Below are positions 27,947 to 37,813 of a stretch of DNA of 64,000 nt, one piece after another. Positions within the stretch are counted from its first letter, which is position 1. Every line of letters starts with the position of its first letter. The position numbers and the translations under genes were made by a program. The DNA is from an uncultured Elusimicrobia bacterium. Its GTDB lineage: Bacteria; Elusimicrobiota; Elusimicrobia; 2-01-FULL-59-12. The notes under the pieces are model-generated. The model was not told the DNA's origin. It ran no database searches and saw only the letters and a list, made by a program, of their open reading frames with translations. The stretch is taken from assembly GCA_963702895.1 (NCBI GenBank), contig OY969767.1, positions 2,208,001 to 2,272,000 on the forward strand, written 5' to 3'.

Positions 27947-28010
27947 GAGTTCCTCCTTCGCGTTTCGCAAGATTTTGGATAGTTTACACATTTTGTGCCG
28001 CAACTGCCAG

Positions 28011-28218
28011 ACGGCTTGGGGACGTTCCTCACGGTCTCACGCCAGTTGTCATCCCGGCGAAAGCCGGCCCTCCACACAACCGGCGGGCCGTCCGCCCTGC
28101 CGTGTGGCGGACGGGATCCATCAATCCGATTTGATGCTCTGATGGATCCCCCCCTTACAACCGGGGGGGATGACACTCAAGGAAGTGCGTGAGATCGTGA
28201 GGAACGTCCCCAAGCCGT
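28011..28218. repeat. Three-layer nested palindromic element
   Basis: Outer 32-bp inverted arms acggcttggggacgttcctcacgRtctcacgc; middle RPE-like 28047-28175; inner CCACAC..GTGTGG hairpin 28068-28112. Confidence 0.85.
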
Positions 28219-28395
28219 TAGGTTTTGTGAAGCCCGCCTGAAGGAGCCATCGGGGCCGGGATCGCGGGAGCGCAGCGGAGAAAGCTCGCGTGTGGCGCAC
28301 TCAGAGCGGACGAGCATACGACGCAGAACGAAAAAAGGATACGGCCTGAAAACTGGTGAGGACGAACCGGAAGCGATTCCAACTTCCGCATTTCT

Positions 28396-30159
28396 TCATC
28401 GCACATATTCCTTGGAATCGATCTGAAGGTCAAAGTTCGAGGTGCGGATTTTGTGGTTGACCACGTCGTTATAAAAAACATAGAGCGTCGTGCCGTTGTC
28501 CATGACGAAGTTGCCGTCCACCCGCGCCGCTCCTAAGAGCGTCCAGTTGTTATCGCCGGCAGGAGGCCCGCTCGTATTGAGATGCAGGCCTCCGGCGACA
28601 TAGAGGAAACCACGAAAGTCGATATGGCGGTCCACGGCGGACCCGGAACAGACAGCACCACCGCTGCAGGTGGAATACGGATCTTCCTTCCCGATAGTCG
28701 GAGGAATATAGACGGCCGTCGCCGGGGCGAAGCTCGCGGGCTGGGTGTTGTTTCCCAGCGTGAGCTTTCCGGAGACATAAAAGGTGCCGCTTCCGAGATC
28801 CACCGCGAAACGGTGAAATTCCGCGTTGCCATTGATATAGATGAACTTGTCCGTGCCGTCCCCGAGAGTGAAATTGTCGAATATGGCCGCGCCGGCGCTC
28901 GTGTCCGGAAAGTAACATTTGTCCGCATAGGCAGCGGGCCTGGGGCAGGGCGCGCCTCCGCACTGAGGAGGCGTGGGACAGGTCGAATTTTGGGCTTGGA
29001 TCACATAATACCGCCGGTCAATCGTCGAGGGCGTGCCGGCGGAGGTGTAAGCCCAGTATGCTTTCTGATCGCTGGGTGCGTGCGGATCGTCCGTTCGGGG
29101 CAGGATAGCGCCCCCCGCAAACTTCCGAGGCCTCTGGGTAGCGGCGTTGTGCGCGTCGAGGGTCCAGGTCGCCGTGCTACGGACCACAATTGGCCCCATT
29201 TCGACACGAAGCGTAGACCCTCCCGCGCTCTGATTGGGAGGGTAAGCCAAGTCGAGCGCCGCGGAGGCGCTGTAGCTGGAAGGAAGTTTCGCCCCCACCG
29301 TCTGCTGGCTCACGACCGCGTAAATCGAAGCGCCGGGGATGGCCGTTCCGTCACGCTCCACCGCCCGAGAGAAAATGCCGACCTGATAGCGCTGCAGACC
29401 GCCCACCCCCGGGCTGGTGACGGAACTATAGCTGACGGAAAAGTACCCCCCTTGCGCGCTTGAGACAATCTCCGGGGCCGGGAGCCCGCCGCCCGCCAGA
29501 TAGGGCCAATTCGGGGGATTGCCGGGCATGGTTTGCACGCGAACGGTGAGATTCTTCGAATACTCTCCAAAGCCACTGACGTAAGCCGCTGCTGAATTTT
29601 GCATCCCCCATTGAAATTGATACTCACCGAACGCCGAGGGCGCATGAATATTAAATGTAAAGGTCACGGTTGAACGGCACAATACAGTTTCCGCCAGCGG
29701 CACTTCACCATCATCATCCCAAATTATGTTGGGTAATGGATTGACGGCGATCAGTTTATAGCCGCCAGCGGCGGTCCAAGTGGTCTGGCCCACGTTCTGG
29801 AAGGTGACCTTGACGGGCATGCTGTCGTCTTTAGCCATGGCCAGAGGCACGACTTGAGAGATGAAGCGGGCGTTCTCGACGTTCGGATGTAAGCCCTGGA
29901 GGTCCGGGCTGATGGCCCCCGCCGCCTGCGCAGGGTTAGAGGGCACGGTGGACGACGACAACTGCTGGATCGCGTAGGAAAGGCCCTCTTCGGCCACCAT
30001 CTGGGACTTGGTTTGCTTGTGGGATATGCCACTATGCTTGACGGTGGACCTGTTCACAAAGACCATAATGGGAATGGCGACCAGAAGCATGACAAAGAGG
30101 AGCGCCGCGATCAACAGGGCCTGGCCGGACTCATTCATCAATCGGCGTTGGGTCCTCAT
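28396..30159 (-). CDS. PilX-like minor pilin with an inserted NBR1-Ig-like domain
   Basis: NESGQALLIAALLF...VAEEGLSYAI N-terminus; internal NARFISQ..VTFQNVGQTTW..FTFNIHAP..GEYQFQW; ATGA overlap with the upstream gene. Confidence 0.72.
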   Translation of the reverse strand: MRTQRRLMNESGQALLIAALLFVMLLVAIPIMVFVNRSTVKHSGISHKQTKSQMVAEEGLSYAIQQLSSSTVPSNPAQAAGAISPDLQGLHPNVENARFISQVVPLAMAKDDSMPVKVTFQNVGQTTWTAAGGYKLIAVNPLPNIIWDDDGEVPLAETVLCRSTVTFTFNIHAPSAFGEYQFQWGMQNSAAAYVSGFGEYSKNLTVRVQTMPGNPPNWPYLAGGGLPAPEIVSSAQGGYFSVSYSSVTSPGVGGLQRYQVGIFSRAVERDGTAIPGASIYAVVSQQTVGAKLPSSYSASAALDLAYPPNQSAGGSTLRVEMGPIVVRSTATWTLDAHNAATQRPRKFAGGAILPRTDDPHAPSDQKAYWAYTSAGTPSTIDRRYYVIQAQNSTCPTPPQCGGAPCPRPAAYADKCYFPDTSAGAAIFDNFTLGDGTDKFIYINGNAEFHRFAVDLGSGTFYVSGKLTLGNNTQPASFAPATAVYIPPTIGKEDPYSTCSGGAVCSGSAVDRHIDFRGFLYVAGGLHLNTSGPPAGDNNWTLLGAARVDGNFVMDNGTTLYVFYNDVVNHKIRTSNFDLQIDSKEYVR

Positions 30160-30698
30160 AGGGATTCCACCATTTGAACGCGGTAATTGGGAATGAGGAT
30201 CGAGGAGGACCGGGAAAGGTCCTTCGTGTCGTCCCAAAACGCGTCGATTTGAAGGGAGACGGACACAACCGCCGGATCCATCGAATTCCCTGTGAAGATC
30301 AGTGCCGTGACGTTTTTCGCAAGCACCTGGGGAGCTTGGATAAAGTTATTCCCGTAGACCGTGTGCGTCACCGGATCCAGATAAACGGAATAAGCCGTTG
30401 TGCCGTTCGGCAGTGGCGTTTGCAGCTCAAAATTGACCTTCGAATTGGGCACGGTGGACCCCGCGGGCGTCGAGATGACCAGGGTCTCCGCTCTGCCTTT
30501 GCGGATCATCTGCTGGATGCGCTCAAGGCCGACCCGGCTGTCCTGGTTGACCATTTGACGGACCGCCATGCGCTTAAAAAACGTCACATTGCTGAACAGG
30601 ATCTTCGCCACCACCGCGAGGATAGCGGTCGCCATGGCCGCCACGATCAGCGTTTCCACAAGCGTGAAGCCTCGATCCGCTGGAAGGATCCGCCTCAT
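30156..30698 (-). CDS. Prepilin-type protein (PilW-like minor pilin)
   Basis: RG|FTLVETLIV class III signal; ATGA overlap. Confidence 0.85.
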   Translation of the reverse strand: MRRILPADRGFTLVETLIVAAMATAILAVVAKILFSNVTFFKRMAVRQMVNQDSRVGLERIQQMIRKGRAETLVISTPAGSTVPNSKVNFELQTPLPNGTTAYSVYLDPVTHTVYGNNFIQAPQVLAKNVTALIFTGNSMDPAVVSVSLQIDAFWDDTKDLSRSSSILIPNYRVQMVESL

Positions 30699-31225
30699 CG
30701 GAACGCCATGCTTTCCATGTTCACTTGGTAGAGGTGGCCGCGACTGGACCATGTGACATTGATATGGATTTTTTTCAGCCCCTTATCGGCTCCTCTTTCC
30801 CCCATGGTCCCGTTGGAGCAAGTGGACTGCCAGGCCGCTCCCACCCGTTCGACGAGGTGAATGCATTCATGTCTGGTGTAGACGATAGTGGCTTCCTGAA
30901 AGAAGGCGTTCGTGTAGCGGGCGTGCGTCAGGTCTTCCCGGCTGCAGTCGCACCCCCCCATGGTTGGAAAGAGCGCGATGCCGGAAATGGGAAAATTGGA
31001 GTCGACTCCGGTCTCCCGGGGTGTGGTGTCCAAGAGCGCATAAGGTTGCGCTTTGAGGTCCTGCATCCTGGCCGCCGCAAAACTCATCGCCAAGGACCGG
31101 CGGCGGCTGTTGGTGAGCGCTTCCGAGGCTTTGGGCAGCGTGAGCGAGAGTATCGCGACCGAGCCGGCCACCAGCACCGAGACCATCAGCAGCTCAATCA
31201 TGGTGGTTCCTGTCTGGCTCATCAT
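30695..31225 (-). CDS. Prepilin-type protein (PilV-like minor pilin)
   Basis: TG|TTMIELLMV; C-terminal KKIHINVTW; ATGA overlap with the Cys-rich gene. Confidence 0.8.
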   Translation of the reverse strand: MMSQTGTTMIELLMVSVLVAGSVAILSLTLPKASEALTNSRRRSLAMSFAAARMQDLKAQPYALLDTTPRETGVDSNFPISGIALFPTMGGCDCSREDLTHARYTNAFFQEATIVYTRHECIHLVERVGAAWQSTCSNGTMGERGADKGLKKIHINVTWSSRGHLYQVNMESMAFR

Positions 31226-32109
31226 GGGCAATTTTCCGGGGGCACGTCCGACTGGGGCTCGATCGTCGCGCCGGACTCGACATCCTTACTTCCCGTCGCC
31301 GGCGCGCGCACATACGTCCTTTGCCCGTCAGCGCCGACCACAGACTTCCAGCAGGTCAGGTAGTATCTCCCATGGGTGACCTCGAGGTCAAGACTTCCGT
31401 TTGGCCCCACCACGCCCGAGATAATCTTCGGCCGCGCCACCGCCGAAGCGCTGATCTGGGGAGGCATCGCCGCCCCGGCCCATGTAATCGTACTCAGCAT
31501 CACAAAGCTCCCCGAGGGGGCCCGCACCTGCACCCTCGACGTCGCCCCCCGTAACGTAAACGTGTAGCTGCTCAAGGGGACCGCTTCCAAAGAAGCCGGT
31601 GAGGCCGTCTGCTTCCGGTCAGTGACCACATTCAAGGAGAAGGAGGCGCCCTCAAGCGTGGGCCCAAAGTTGAACCAGCCCGTCGGGTCGGTGTTCTGCA
31701 CCATGTACGGGCGCCCATCCGAGGTGCGAAGCTCCACAGGAACACCCTTGAGCTCCAGGACGGTGGGCCAGACCTCGTCCGCAAGGACCCGGCCGCAAAC
31801 CCCTCCTGCCGCGCAAGCGCAGACCGGCGGCGGAGGAAAGGTGCAGTTCCCATCGCAAGCCCATCCGCCGCTGCCACACATAGGGACCGCCCCGCAGGCG
31901 CCACCTATAGGTCTTGTCATATGAAAAGCGCAGACGCCGGAACTGCACAGACCGCTCGAGCACTGGTTACCGCAATCGCAGGTCGCGCAAGGAGCGCGCC
32001 CTGAGCTGGTGCAGACGAAGCCGCAACAAGAGACACTGCAACAGTCGCCGTTCACGGCACAGGGGTCTCCATCGGGGGCACAACAAACCTGGGCCCCGGG
32101 ACAGCTCCC
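31156..32109. repeat. Direct repeat of about 950 bp, copy 1 (copy 2 at 38170-39123)
   Basis: Offset 7014 bp; only a handful of substitutions seen by eye. Confidence 0.92.
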
Positions 32110-33054
32110 TCCGCAACCATCATCGCAGGTGCTTCCAATGCATGTCGAGTCTCTGCAGGAGCAATCGGGGCCCTTGATCCCGGCACAGTTCCCTCCGCAA
32201 CCATCATCGCAGGTGCTTCCAATGCATGTCGAGTCTCTGCAGGAGCAATCAGGGGTACAAGCACTGCAATCTTTGATCCCAGCGCAGGTCCCTCCGCAAC
32301 CATCATCGCAGGTGCTTCCAATGCATGTCGAGTCTCTGCAGGAGCAATCGGGGCCCTTGATCCCGGCACAGTTCCCTCCGCAACCATCATCGCAGGTGCT
32401 TCCAATGCATGTCGAGTCTCTGCAGGAGCAATCAGGGGTACAAGCACTGCAATCTTTGATCCCAGCGCAAGTACCTCCGCAACCATCATCGCAGGTGCTT
32501 CCAATGCATGTCGAGTCTCTGCAGGAGCAATCATAGGTGCCTGGCTTGGAGCATGTGCCGTCGCACTCGATCTTCCCGCCCGGGCATCCGCAATCAGCTT
32601 TCCAGTTAGCGTGGCAAGTGCAATCACAGGTTCCGTCACAGAGAATAGAAGGGTTGCTATTGAAGCAGCCCGGCGCAATCCAGCCGGGGGTCGAGGAGGT
32701 ACACGGTAGCGCCTCTTCCACCACGCAGGCGCAGTAGCACGAACCGACTGCCACTTCGCAGCGGGGCGAGCTTGACGGGCAATCATCGTCTCCGTCGCAA
32801 ATTACTAAGGCGGGGTTGCAGCATGAACTCCCGCAGTCGGTGCATTCGCCCACACCGCTCAACATGTCACAAAACTGACATGTCTCATTTGTCTCGCATT
32901 CCCCATCCGCTTCGCTGCACGAAAAGCTCACGGGGCCGCAGGCCGCGGAGCTGACGGTCCCAGGCAGGAAAACAAGCGCCGCCAGCGCCAGAACCAGGGA
33001 AAGCGGGAGGGAGGCAAGCACGCTCGCTATGAAATGATCGATTCTTTTTCTCAT
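31222..33054 (-). CDS. Secreted Cys-rich repeat protein A
   Basis: Signal peptide; five DCSCRDSTCIGSTCDDGCGGxC repeats; C-terminal ~295 aa shared with 38236..40299. Confidence 0.85.
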   Translation of the reverse strand: MRKRIDHFIASVLASLPLSLVLALAALVFLPGTVSSAACGPVSFSCSEADGECETNETCQFCDMLSGVGECTDCGSSCCNPALVICDGDDDCPSSSPRCEVAVGSCYCACVVEEALPCTSSTPGWIAPGCFNSNPSILCDGTCDCTCHANWKADCGCPGGKIECDGTCSKPGTYDCSCRDSTCIGSTCDDGCGGTCAGIKDCSACTPDCSCRDSTCIGSTCDDGCGGNCAGIKGPDCSCRDSTCIGSTCDDGCGGTCAGIKDCSACTPDCSCRDSTCIGSTCDDGCGGNCAGIKGPDCSCRDSTCIGSTCDDGCGGSCPGAQVCCAPDGDPCAVNGDCCSVSCCGFVCTSSGRAPCATCDCGNQCSSGLCSSGVCAFHMTRPIGGACGAVPMCGSGGWACDGNCTFPPPPVCACAAGGVCGRVLADEVWPTVLELKGVPVELRTSDGRPYMVQNTDPTGWFNFGPTLEGASFSLNVVTDRKQTASPASLEAVPLSSYTFTLRGATSRVQVRAPSGSFVMLSTITWAGAAMPPQISASAVARPKIISGVVGPNGSLDLEVTHGRYYLTCWKSVVGADGQRTYVRAPATGSKDVESGATIEPQSDVPPENCP

Positions 33055-33055
33055 C

Positions 33056-33745
33056 TCACTTGTCCGCGCCGCGCGATTTTCCAGGCGCAAGCGCCCCGGC
33101 CCATTCCGGGTCAATCCACACCTTCTCCGATTGGCGCGCTTTGCTCACCGCGCGGGTCCACCGCCCCTGGGAAATCCGTCGGTAAAGATCCTCCCGTTTC
33201 GATTCATACGGGGGCGACTTGGCGCTCAGGACCATTCCACGGTTGCCTTTCCTGGCAGCTTTGGCCGGCGTTTCGGGGTATTGCGACCGGTAAAGGGCTA
33301 GAACCTCCTCCTCCCTGACGGGCTCCTCCGCCTCCAGGCGCTCGCGCAGCAGGCCCACCAGCGTCACGCGGCGCGCCACGGCCAGCGGCGCATAAGACGT
33401 TGCTTCACGGTCAAGCCCGCGCCTCTCGGCGAGGACGATCAGGGATTGCTGATTGATAAGCGTCTCAAGAAGCCGCCGCTTGCCGTCCGGTCCTGCCAGC
33501 TGCGCCGGCGGATTGCGCTGGGTGAAGGTTTTGTAAGCTTCGTCCAAATCGGAGAGTCTGATGCTGCGGTGCCCCACGCGCGCCAGAACCGGCTGATGGA
33601 CTTCATACCACCAGATCCTGGTCTCGGTCGCCAGAGCCCGCAGGAGCTGCGCGGCGTCGTGACGATCGACCTGGGACGCCCGGCATCCTCCGCCCGCAAG
33701 CAAGAGGAGTGCCGCCAAATACGGACAGATTTGGTTGAAGTTCAT
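33056..33745 (-). CDS. Lipoprotein, SurA/PrsA N-terminal-like foldase
   Basis: LLLLAGGGC lipobox-like motif; VLARVG..I..SDL...LLETLI.Q..L...AERRGLD pattern. Confidence 0.6.
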   Translation of the reverse strand: MNFNQICPYLAALLLLAGGGCRASQVDRHDAAQLLRALATETRIWWYEVHQPVLARVGHRSIRLSDLDEAYKTFTQRNPPAQLAGPDGKRRLLETLINQQSLIVLAERRGLDREATSYAPLAVARRVTLVGLLRERLEAEEPVREEEVLALYRSQYPETPAKAARKGNRGMVLSAKSPPYESKREDLYRRISQGRWTRAVSKARQSEKVWIDPEWAGALAPGKSRGADK

Positions 33746-33994
33746 CGGAGCTTCCTATTTATATCATAAGACTGTTACGCTGCTGTTAACGAATTCTCAA
33801 CGATTTGTAACATTTTCGATAAGGCTAGATGAGCCACCAGAGGGAGTCCATAACGGGCCCAAGGACTCTGGGCTGTTATCGGTTTTGGGTGGGAAATGAA
33901 GGGTGTGAGTAGTTGAGCCGCCGCGTAATATCAATGCAATCGTGAAGCAGTAGGGTCTCTAAATCCACCCGATGGGTGGAAAAGGAGGCCCGCC

Positions 33995-35122
33995 ATGACA
34001 CCCGAATGTCCGCGCTGTGGCAGCAGCCACACACACCGTCACGATTTTCGGACGTACCGGAAGATCAGTTTGTCAGGAGTGGAATCGAAAGGATACCAAC
34101 GATGGTTCTGCGTCGCGTGCAACAAGCCATTTATTCCAGTCGAGCAAAAGCGCGACTCGATGACGTCCTACGACCAGGAGGTCAAAGAACAATCAACGAT
34201 TCTCTATATCGATACCGGAGGCTCCTACCGGGCGGTGATGCGGCAACTGCATCAATGGGGACTGCCGCATGTGCAGACCTACCAGGTCTGGCTGTGGATT
34301 CAAGACATGGGGCACCGCTGCGCCGATCCTTTTACCGTGAGCCAACGGCTGGATCCGAAATGGTCCGGCTGGCTGCAGGTCGATGGCGACCGGATTCCGG
34401 TGGAAGGGATGGATGTCTCCATTCTGGCGGCCTTCGATGCCAACACACGGGACGTTCCGGGCGTGATTCTGGGGCGCGAAACGGAGGTCAATTATCGGGA
34501 ATTATTCGGGCAACTCAAGGAGCTGAACTATCCGCTCAAGGGGCTGACTTCCGACGGAGACAGCGCCATCCTTCTCGCCTACAAGAGCGTCTATCCGAAA
34601 GGCATCCATCAGCGTTGCACGGTTCATTTTCAGCGCAACTTAGACGCGTTGCTCGAGCCTCGCTTCGCGACCTACCCGCAGTTGCCCACCGAATACGAAC
34701 GCTTTCAAAAAGCCTATCACCAGTTTGTCAGCGCGGCGCACTGGTACCAGGCCAAGGAGTGGGTGCGGTTCTTTCTGCACTATCCTTCGTTCCAAAGGCT
34801 GATGTTCAAGCCGGCACGGGATTTGTTTCTTCGTACGCTCCCACAAATCATTCCGGCGTTCTTTCATCCCGGCATGCCGCGAACCAACAACTTGATCGAA
34901 AACCTCTTCCGCTTTATGGACCGGCGCTTAACGCCCATGGACCGCTTTCATGCGCGCGAGGCCGCCTGGGCGATCGTCAAGCTGCTCGTCTTATTCTATC
35001 GATTTCATCAATTCGACAACCCGTCCAAAGCGTATCGGCACATCAAAGGCAAGTCGCCGCTTCAACTGGCCGGTGTCGACACCAGCAAGCTGTTCTGGCT
35101 GGACATGGGCACAAAAGGATGA
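33995..35122 (+). CDS. DDE transposase with N-terminal zinc ribbon (IS1/IS6/IS256-like; family uncertain)
   Basis: CPRC...QRWFCVAC; VDGD, TSDG, QRCTVH, TNNLIE motifs; RBS aaggagg. Confidence 0.85.
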   Translation: MTPECPRCGSSHTHRHDFRTYRKISLSGVESKGYQRWFCVACNKPFIPVEQKRDSMTSYDQEVKEQSTILYIDTGGSYRAVMRQLHQWGLPHVQTYQVWLWIQDMGHRCADPFTVSQRLDPKWSGWLQVDGDRIPVEGMDVSILAAFDANTRDVPGVILGRETEVNYRELFGQLKELNYPLKGLTSDGDSAILLAYKSVYPKGIHQRCTVHFQRNLDALLEPRFATYPQLPTEYERFQKAYHQFVSAAHWYQAKEWVRFFLHYPSFQRLMFKPARDLFLRTLPQIIPAFFHPGMPRTNNLIENLFRFMDRRLTPMDRFHAREAAWAIVKLLVLFYRFHQFDNPSKAYRHIKGKSPLQLAGVDTSKLFWLDMGTKG

Positions 35123-35137
35123 TTTTTCCACCCAAAG

Positions 35138-36522
35138 GAGTTACCATCAAAAGTGCTGGAAATAGGTTCTGAGGCAAGGAAGGATTTGCCTTAGGAATAG
35201 ATAACGGCGTACCCTTTCGTTGAACCAAACAAACCTGTCCGTTCAAGCGGACAATAAACGAAAAGGAGACGCCGTTATGAAGACCATTGTAAACGTGAAA
35301 GGCTGCGAACACAAAGAGAGCATGCTGGATTATCTGGCCCGAGAGGGAGCGCGCAAAATGCTGGTGGAAGCCCTGGAGGAAGAAGTGACGATGTATCTGG
35401 AGCGGCGGCGCTATGAGCGGGCGAAGAGCCTGGAGAAAGGCTATCGCAACGGAACCCGGGAGCGGAAGGTGACAGTTTTGGGAGCAGGTTTAAAGCTCTC
35501 GGTGCCGCAAGTCGACGGGGGCGAGTTTGAGTCGAGCATCTTGCGTCCGTACCAGCGGCGAACCGAGGGTGTCGAGGAGTTATTCCGGCGGCTGTACCTG
35601 GAGGGGCTCTCGAGCCGGGACTTTGAGCCGGCGATGCGAGCACTGATCGGGGATGGAGCCACCTTATCAGCCAGCACGATCCTGCGTTTATCGGCGAAGT
35701 TTCAATCGGACCTGGCCACCTTCAGCCGCCGGGACTTATCCGAAACGCGTTACGCCTATGTCTGGGCGGACGGCGTGTACTTGAAGGCCGGGCTGGAGAA
35801 AGAGAATACGGCGCTTTTAGTGTTGGTTGGCGTGAATGCCGATGGGAAGAAAGAGCTGATTGCTCTGATGGAAGGCTACCGGGAGAGCCGGGATTCCTGG
35901 AAGGAAATCTGGCGAGGGGTGGCGGAGCGTGGAATGCCCGCTCCGCTCTTGGTTATCGGCGATGGGATGGGTGGGCTCTGGGAGGCGGTGGCGGAGGTCT
36001 ATCCGACCGCCAAAGATCAACGGTGCTGGAAGCACAAGATGCGCAACGTCGTGGATAAAGTGCCGAAGGCCAAGCAAGAGGAGGTGCTCAACCGTCTGCG
36101 CGTAGCGTATCAGGCGGAGCGTCGAGAAGACGCGGAGAATCACCTGGCCTTGTTAGCCGAGGACCTGGAGATTCGCTACCCGAAGGCGGCGGCTTGTATC
36201 CGGAAGGACCATGACGCCTTGCTGCGCTACTTCGACTTTCCGAAGGAGCACTGGGTGCATTTAAAGACGAGCAATCCGATCGAGTCGGTCTTCGCGGGGG
36301 TCCGATTGCGAACTCGCGTTGTGCGGCGGTTTCAGAAATCTCGCACGGGAGTAGCGTTCGTCTACAAAATCATTGAACGCCTGGCGCAATTCTGGAAGCC
36401 GATTGAGAAGCCGGAATTGGTGATGGGATTATTCGTCGAACGAGAGAAGCTGGAGGTAGCGGCCTAAGAGACTTTCGACCAAAGGGGCGCCGATCGATTT
36501 CCATCACATTTGACTAAAGCTC
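35138..36522 (+). mobile_element. IS256-family element, copy 1
   Basis: TIRs gagttaccatcaaaagtgctggaaat / gagctttagtcaaatgtgatggaaat (reverse complement); 8-bp TSD acccaaag at 35130-35137 and 36523-36530. Confidence 0.92.
35277..36467 (+). CDS. IS256-family transposase
   Basis: GYRNG, YLEGLSSRD, WADGVY, IGDG, QRCWKH, TSNPIES motifs; RBS aaaggag before ATG 35277. Confidence 0.93.
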   Translation: MKTIVNVKGCEHKESMLDYLAREGARKMLVEALEEEVTMYLERRRYERAKSLEKGYRNGTRERKVTVLGAGLKLSVPQVDGGEFESSILRPYQRRTEGVEELFRRLYLEGLSSRDFEPAMRALIGDGATLSASTILRLSAKFQSDLATFSRRDLSETRYAYVWADGVYLKAGLEKENTALLVLVGVNADGKKELIALMEGYRESRDSWKEIWRGVAERGMPAPLLVIGDGMGGLWEAVAEVYPTAKDQRCWKHKMRNVVDKVPKAKQEEVLNRLRVAYQAERREDAENHLALLAEDLEIRYPKAAACIRKDHDALLRYFDFPKEHWVHLKTSNPIESVFAGVRLRTRVVRRFQKSRTGVAFVYKIIERLAQFWKPIEKPELVMGLFVEREKLEVAA

Positions 36523-36628
36523 ACCCAAAGTCAATAACGGGCCCAAGGACTCCATAGGCCTATTGGGACGGAATATTTGGACGTTTGTTCTATTCCCTCC
36601 ATCAGGGAAGCTTGCTATCCTGAGCTCT

Positions 36629-37681
36629 GTGAAGAACGGTCCCCGCACCATGCTCCTCGTCCTCATGGCGGCATTTGCAACGAGCGCCTGCAATGACAAG
36701 AACGACTCGGCACAAGAGCCCCCTCCTGGCACTCCGAGCAACCCGCAAACCCCCGAGTATAAGATATACTCCTGTACCGTGCCCGGCACGAATGGAAGCC
36801 AGACAATCCAAGTCATTTACGATATCAATCAGCCTCCTATCGACCCGGATTTGATGGTCAAAAGGATAGGTTCATTCCCCTCCAAGCATCTGGCTGGCCT
36901 CAGCACCGTGCACTACTCGACCATCATTGATGAGGTGGCGATGAATGTCTATCCCGGCCTGAACTCAGCGCAGATGGACGAGTGGCAAGTGATCGCAGCC
37001 GGCAAGGAAAGCCCGAAGGATGAGTTCCGAGCCTTTTACGCCAAATGGTTCACGAGCAAGCCGGACGCGCTGCTCAGCCAATTCTTATCAGCTTTAAGGT
37101 CCGGAGCCAGCCAATTCGCTTCGGAATACCTCTATATGGCAGGGCTATTTGCTGATCCCCTCAAGCAAATGATTATCGCTTACGCCGGTTTGTTTAGCGA
37201 CGGCACTCCTACCTTTACGCGCACGAATTATCTGTACTATAGCTTCACGGGTAACATCTTCAAGCTGGCAGGTATAAGTTTCAGGATGCAGATTGTCTCT
37301 GGAAGACTCAGCATTGTGGACATCGACGGCGCTCCCGTCGTGCCGCTGGCTGTGCCAAACATGTTCATCGAACAAGTGCTTCTGGCGCCGGTGAGTGCCT
37401 CGTCTGTCAGCAGCACGCCTCCTTCCGCGCCCGGCGGAGCGTCGCTGGCCCCAGACCGCCAGGAAGCAGCGAGTACGGCGATCGTCTCACCAACAGCGGC
37501 GCGTTCCGTCTACGTCAGCCCGAGAAGACCGAACGAGTACCGCAGCACTCTCGACACGGGCGCCCGCCAGGAGATCCTCCGCGAGATCGACAACTTGACA
37601 TCCGATCCTTCCTACATCCTCGATCACGCTCCCGGCACCATTCCCCACGGGTTCTCCATCGACTCCCGCCAAGCGAAATAG
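36629..37681 (+). CDS. Lipoprotein A of unknown function (paralog of 42833..43828)
   Basis: Lipobox ATSAC; collinear similarity to lipoprotein B with an identical last 22 aa. Start inferred at GTG 36629. Confidence 0.75.
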   Translation: MKNGPRTMLLVLMAAFATSACNDKNDSAQEPPPGTPSNPQTPEYKIYSCTVPGTNGSQTIQVIYDINQPPIDPDLMVKRIGSFPSKHLAGLSTVHYSTIIDEVAMNVYPGLNSAQMDEWQVIAAGKESPKDEFRAFYAKWFTSKPDALLSQFLSALRSGASQFASEYLYMAGLFADPLKQMIIAYAGLFSDGTPTFTRTNYLYYSFTGNIFKLAGISFRMQIVSGRLSIVDIDGAPVVPLAVPNMFIEQVLLAPVSASSVSSTPPSAPGGASLAPDRQEAASTAIVSPTAARSVYVSPRRPNEYRSTLDTGARQEILREIDNLTSDPSYILDHAPGTIPHGFSIDSRQAK

Positions 37682-37813
37682 CGCCAAAGAACGATACAGC
37701 AACGACGAGGGGACGTTCCATCACAAACGTCACAAACTCTAAAGCGCAGGTGCCAGCACCGGGAGCCTAGGGAGTTTGTGACGTTTGTGATGGAACGTCC
37801 CCAAGTAGTTGAG
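37612..37813. repeat. Direct repeat of about 200 bp, copy 1 (copy 2 at 43759-43960)
   Basis: Offset 6147 bp; covers the lipoprotein 3' end, the REP hairpin and the last codons of the giant gene. Confidence 0.92.
37709..37802. repeat. REP-like hairpin with 31-bp perfect arms
   Basis: ggggacgttccatcacaaacgtcacaaactc ... gagtttgtgacgtttgtgatggaacgtcccc. Confidence 0.9.

Larger units (their letters stand above)
33870..36543 (+). mobile_element. DDE insertion sequence whose right TIR is interrupted by IS256
   Basis: Left end gggctgttatcggttttgggtgggaaat vs reconstructed right end (reverse complement) ggcccgttattgactttgggtggaaaaa; aaggactc present on both flanks. Confidence 0.75.

Noticed and set aside
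27529..28481. N-terminal extension of the M48 ORF and small ORFs at 27906-28481
   Set aside because: They largely translate palindromic repeats or intergenic DNA and show no protein-like features.
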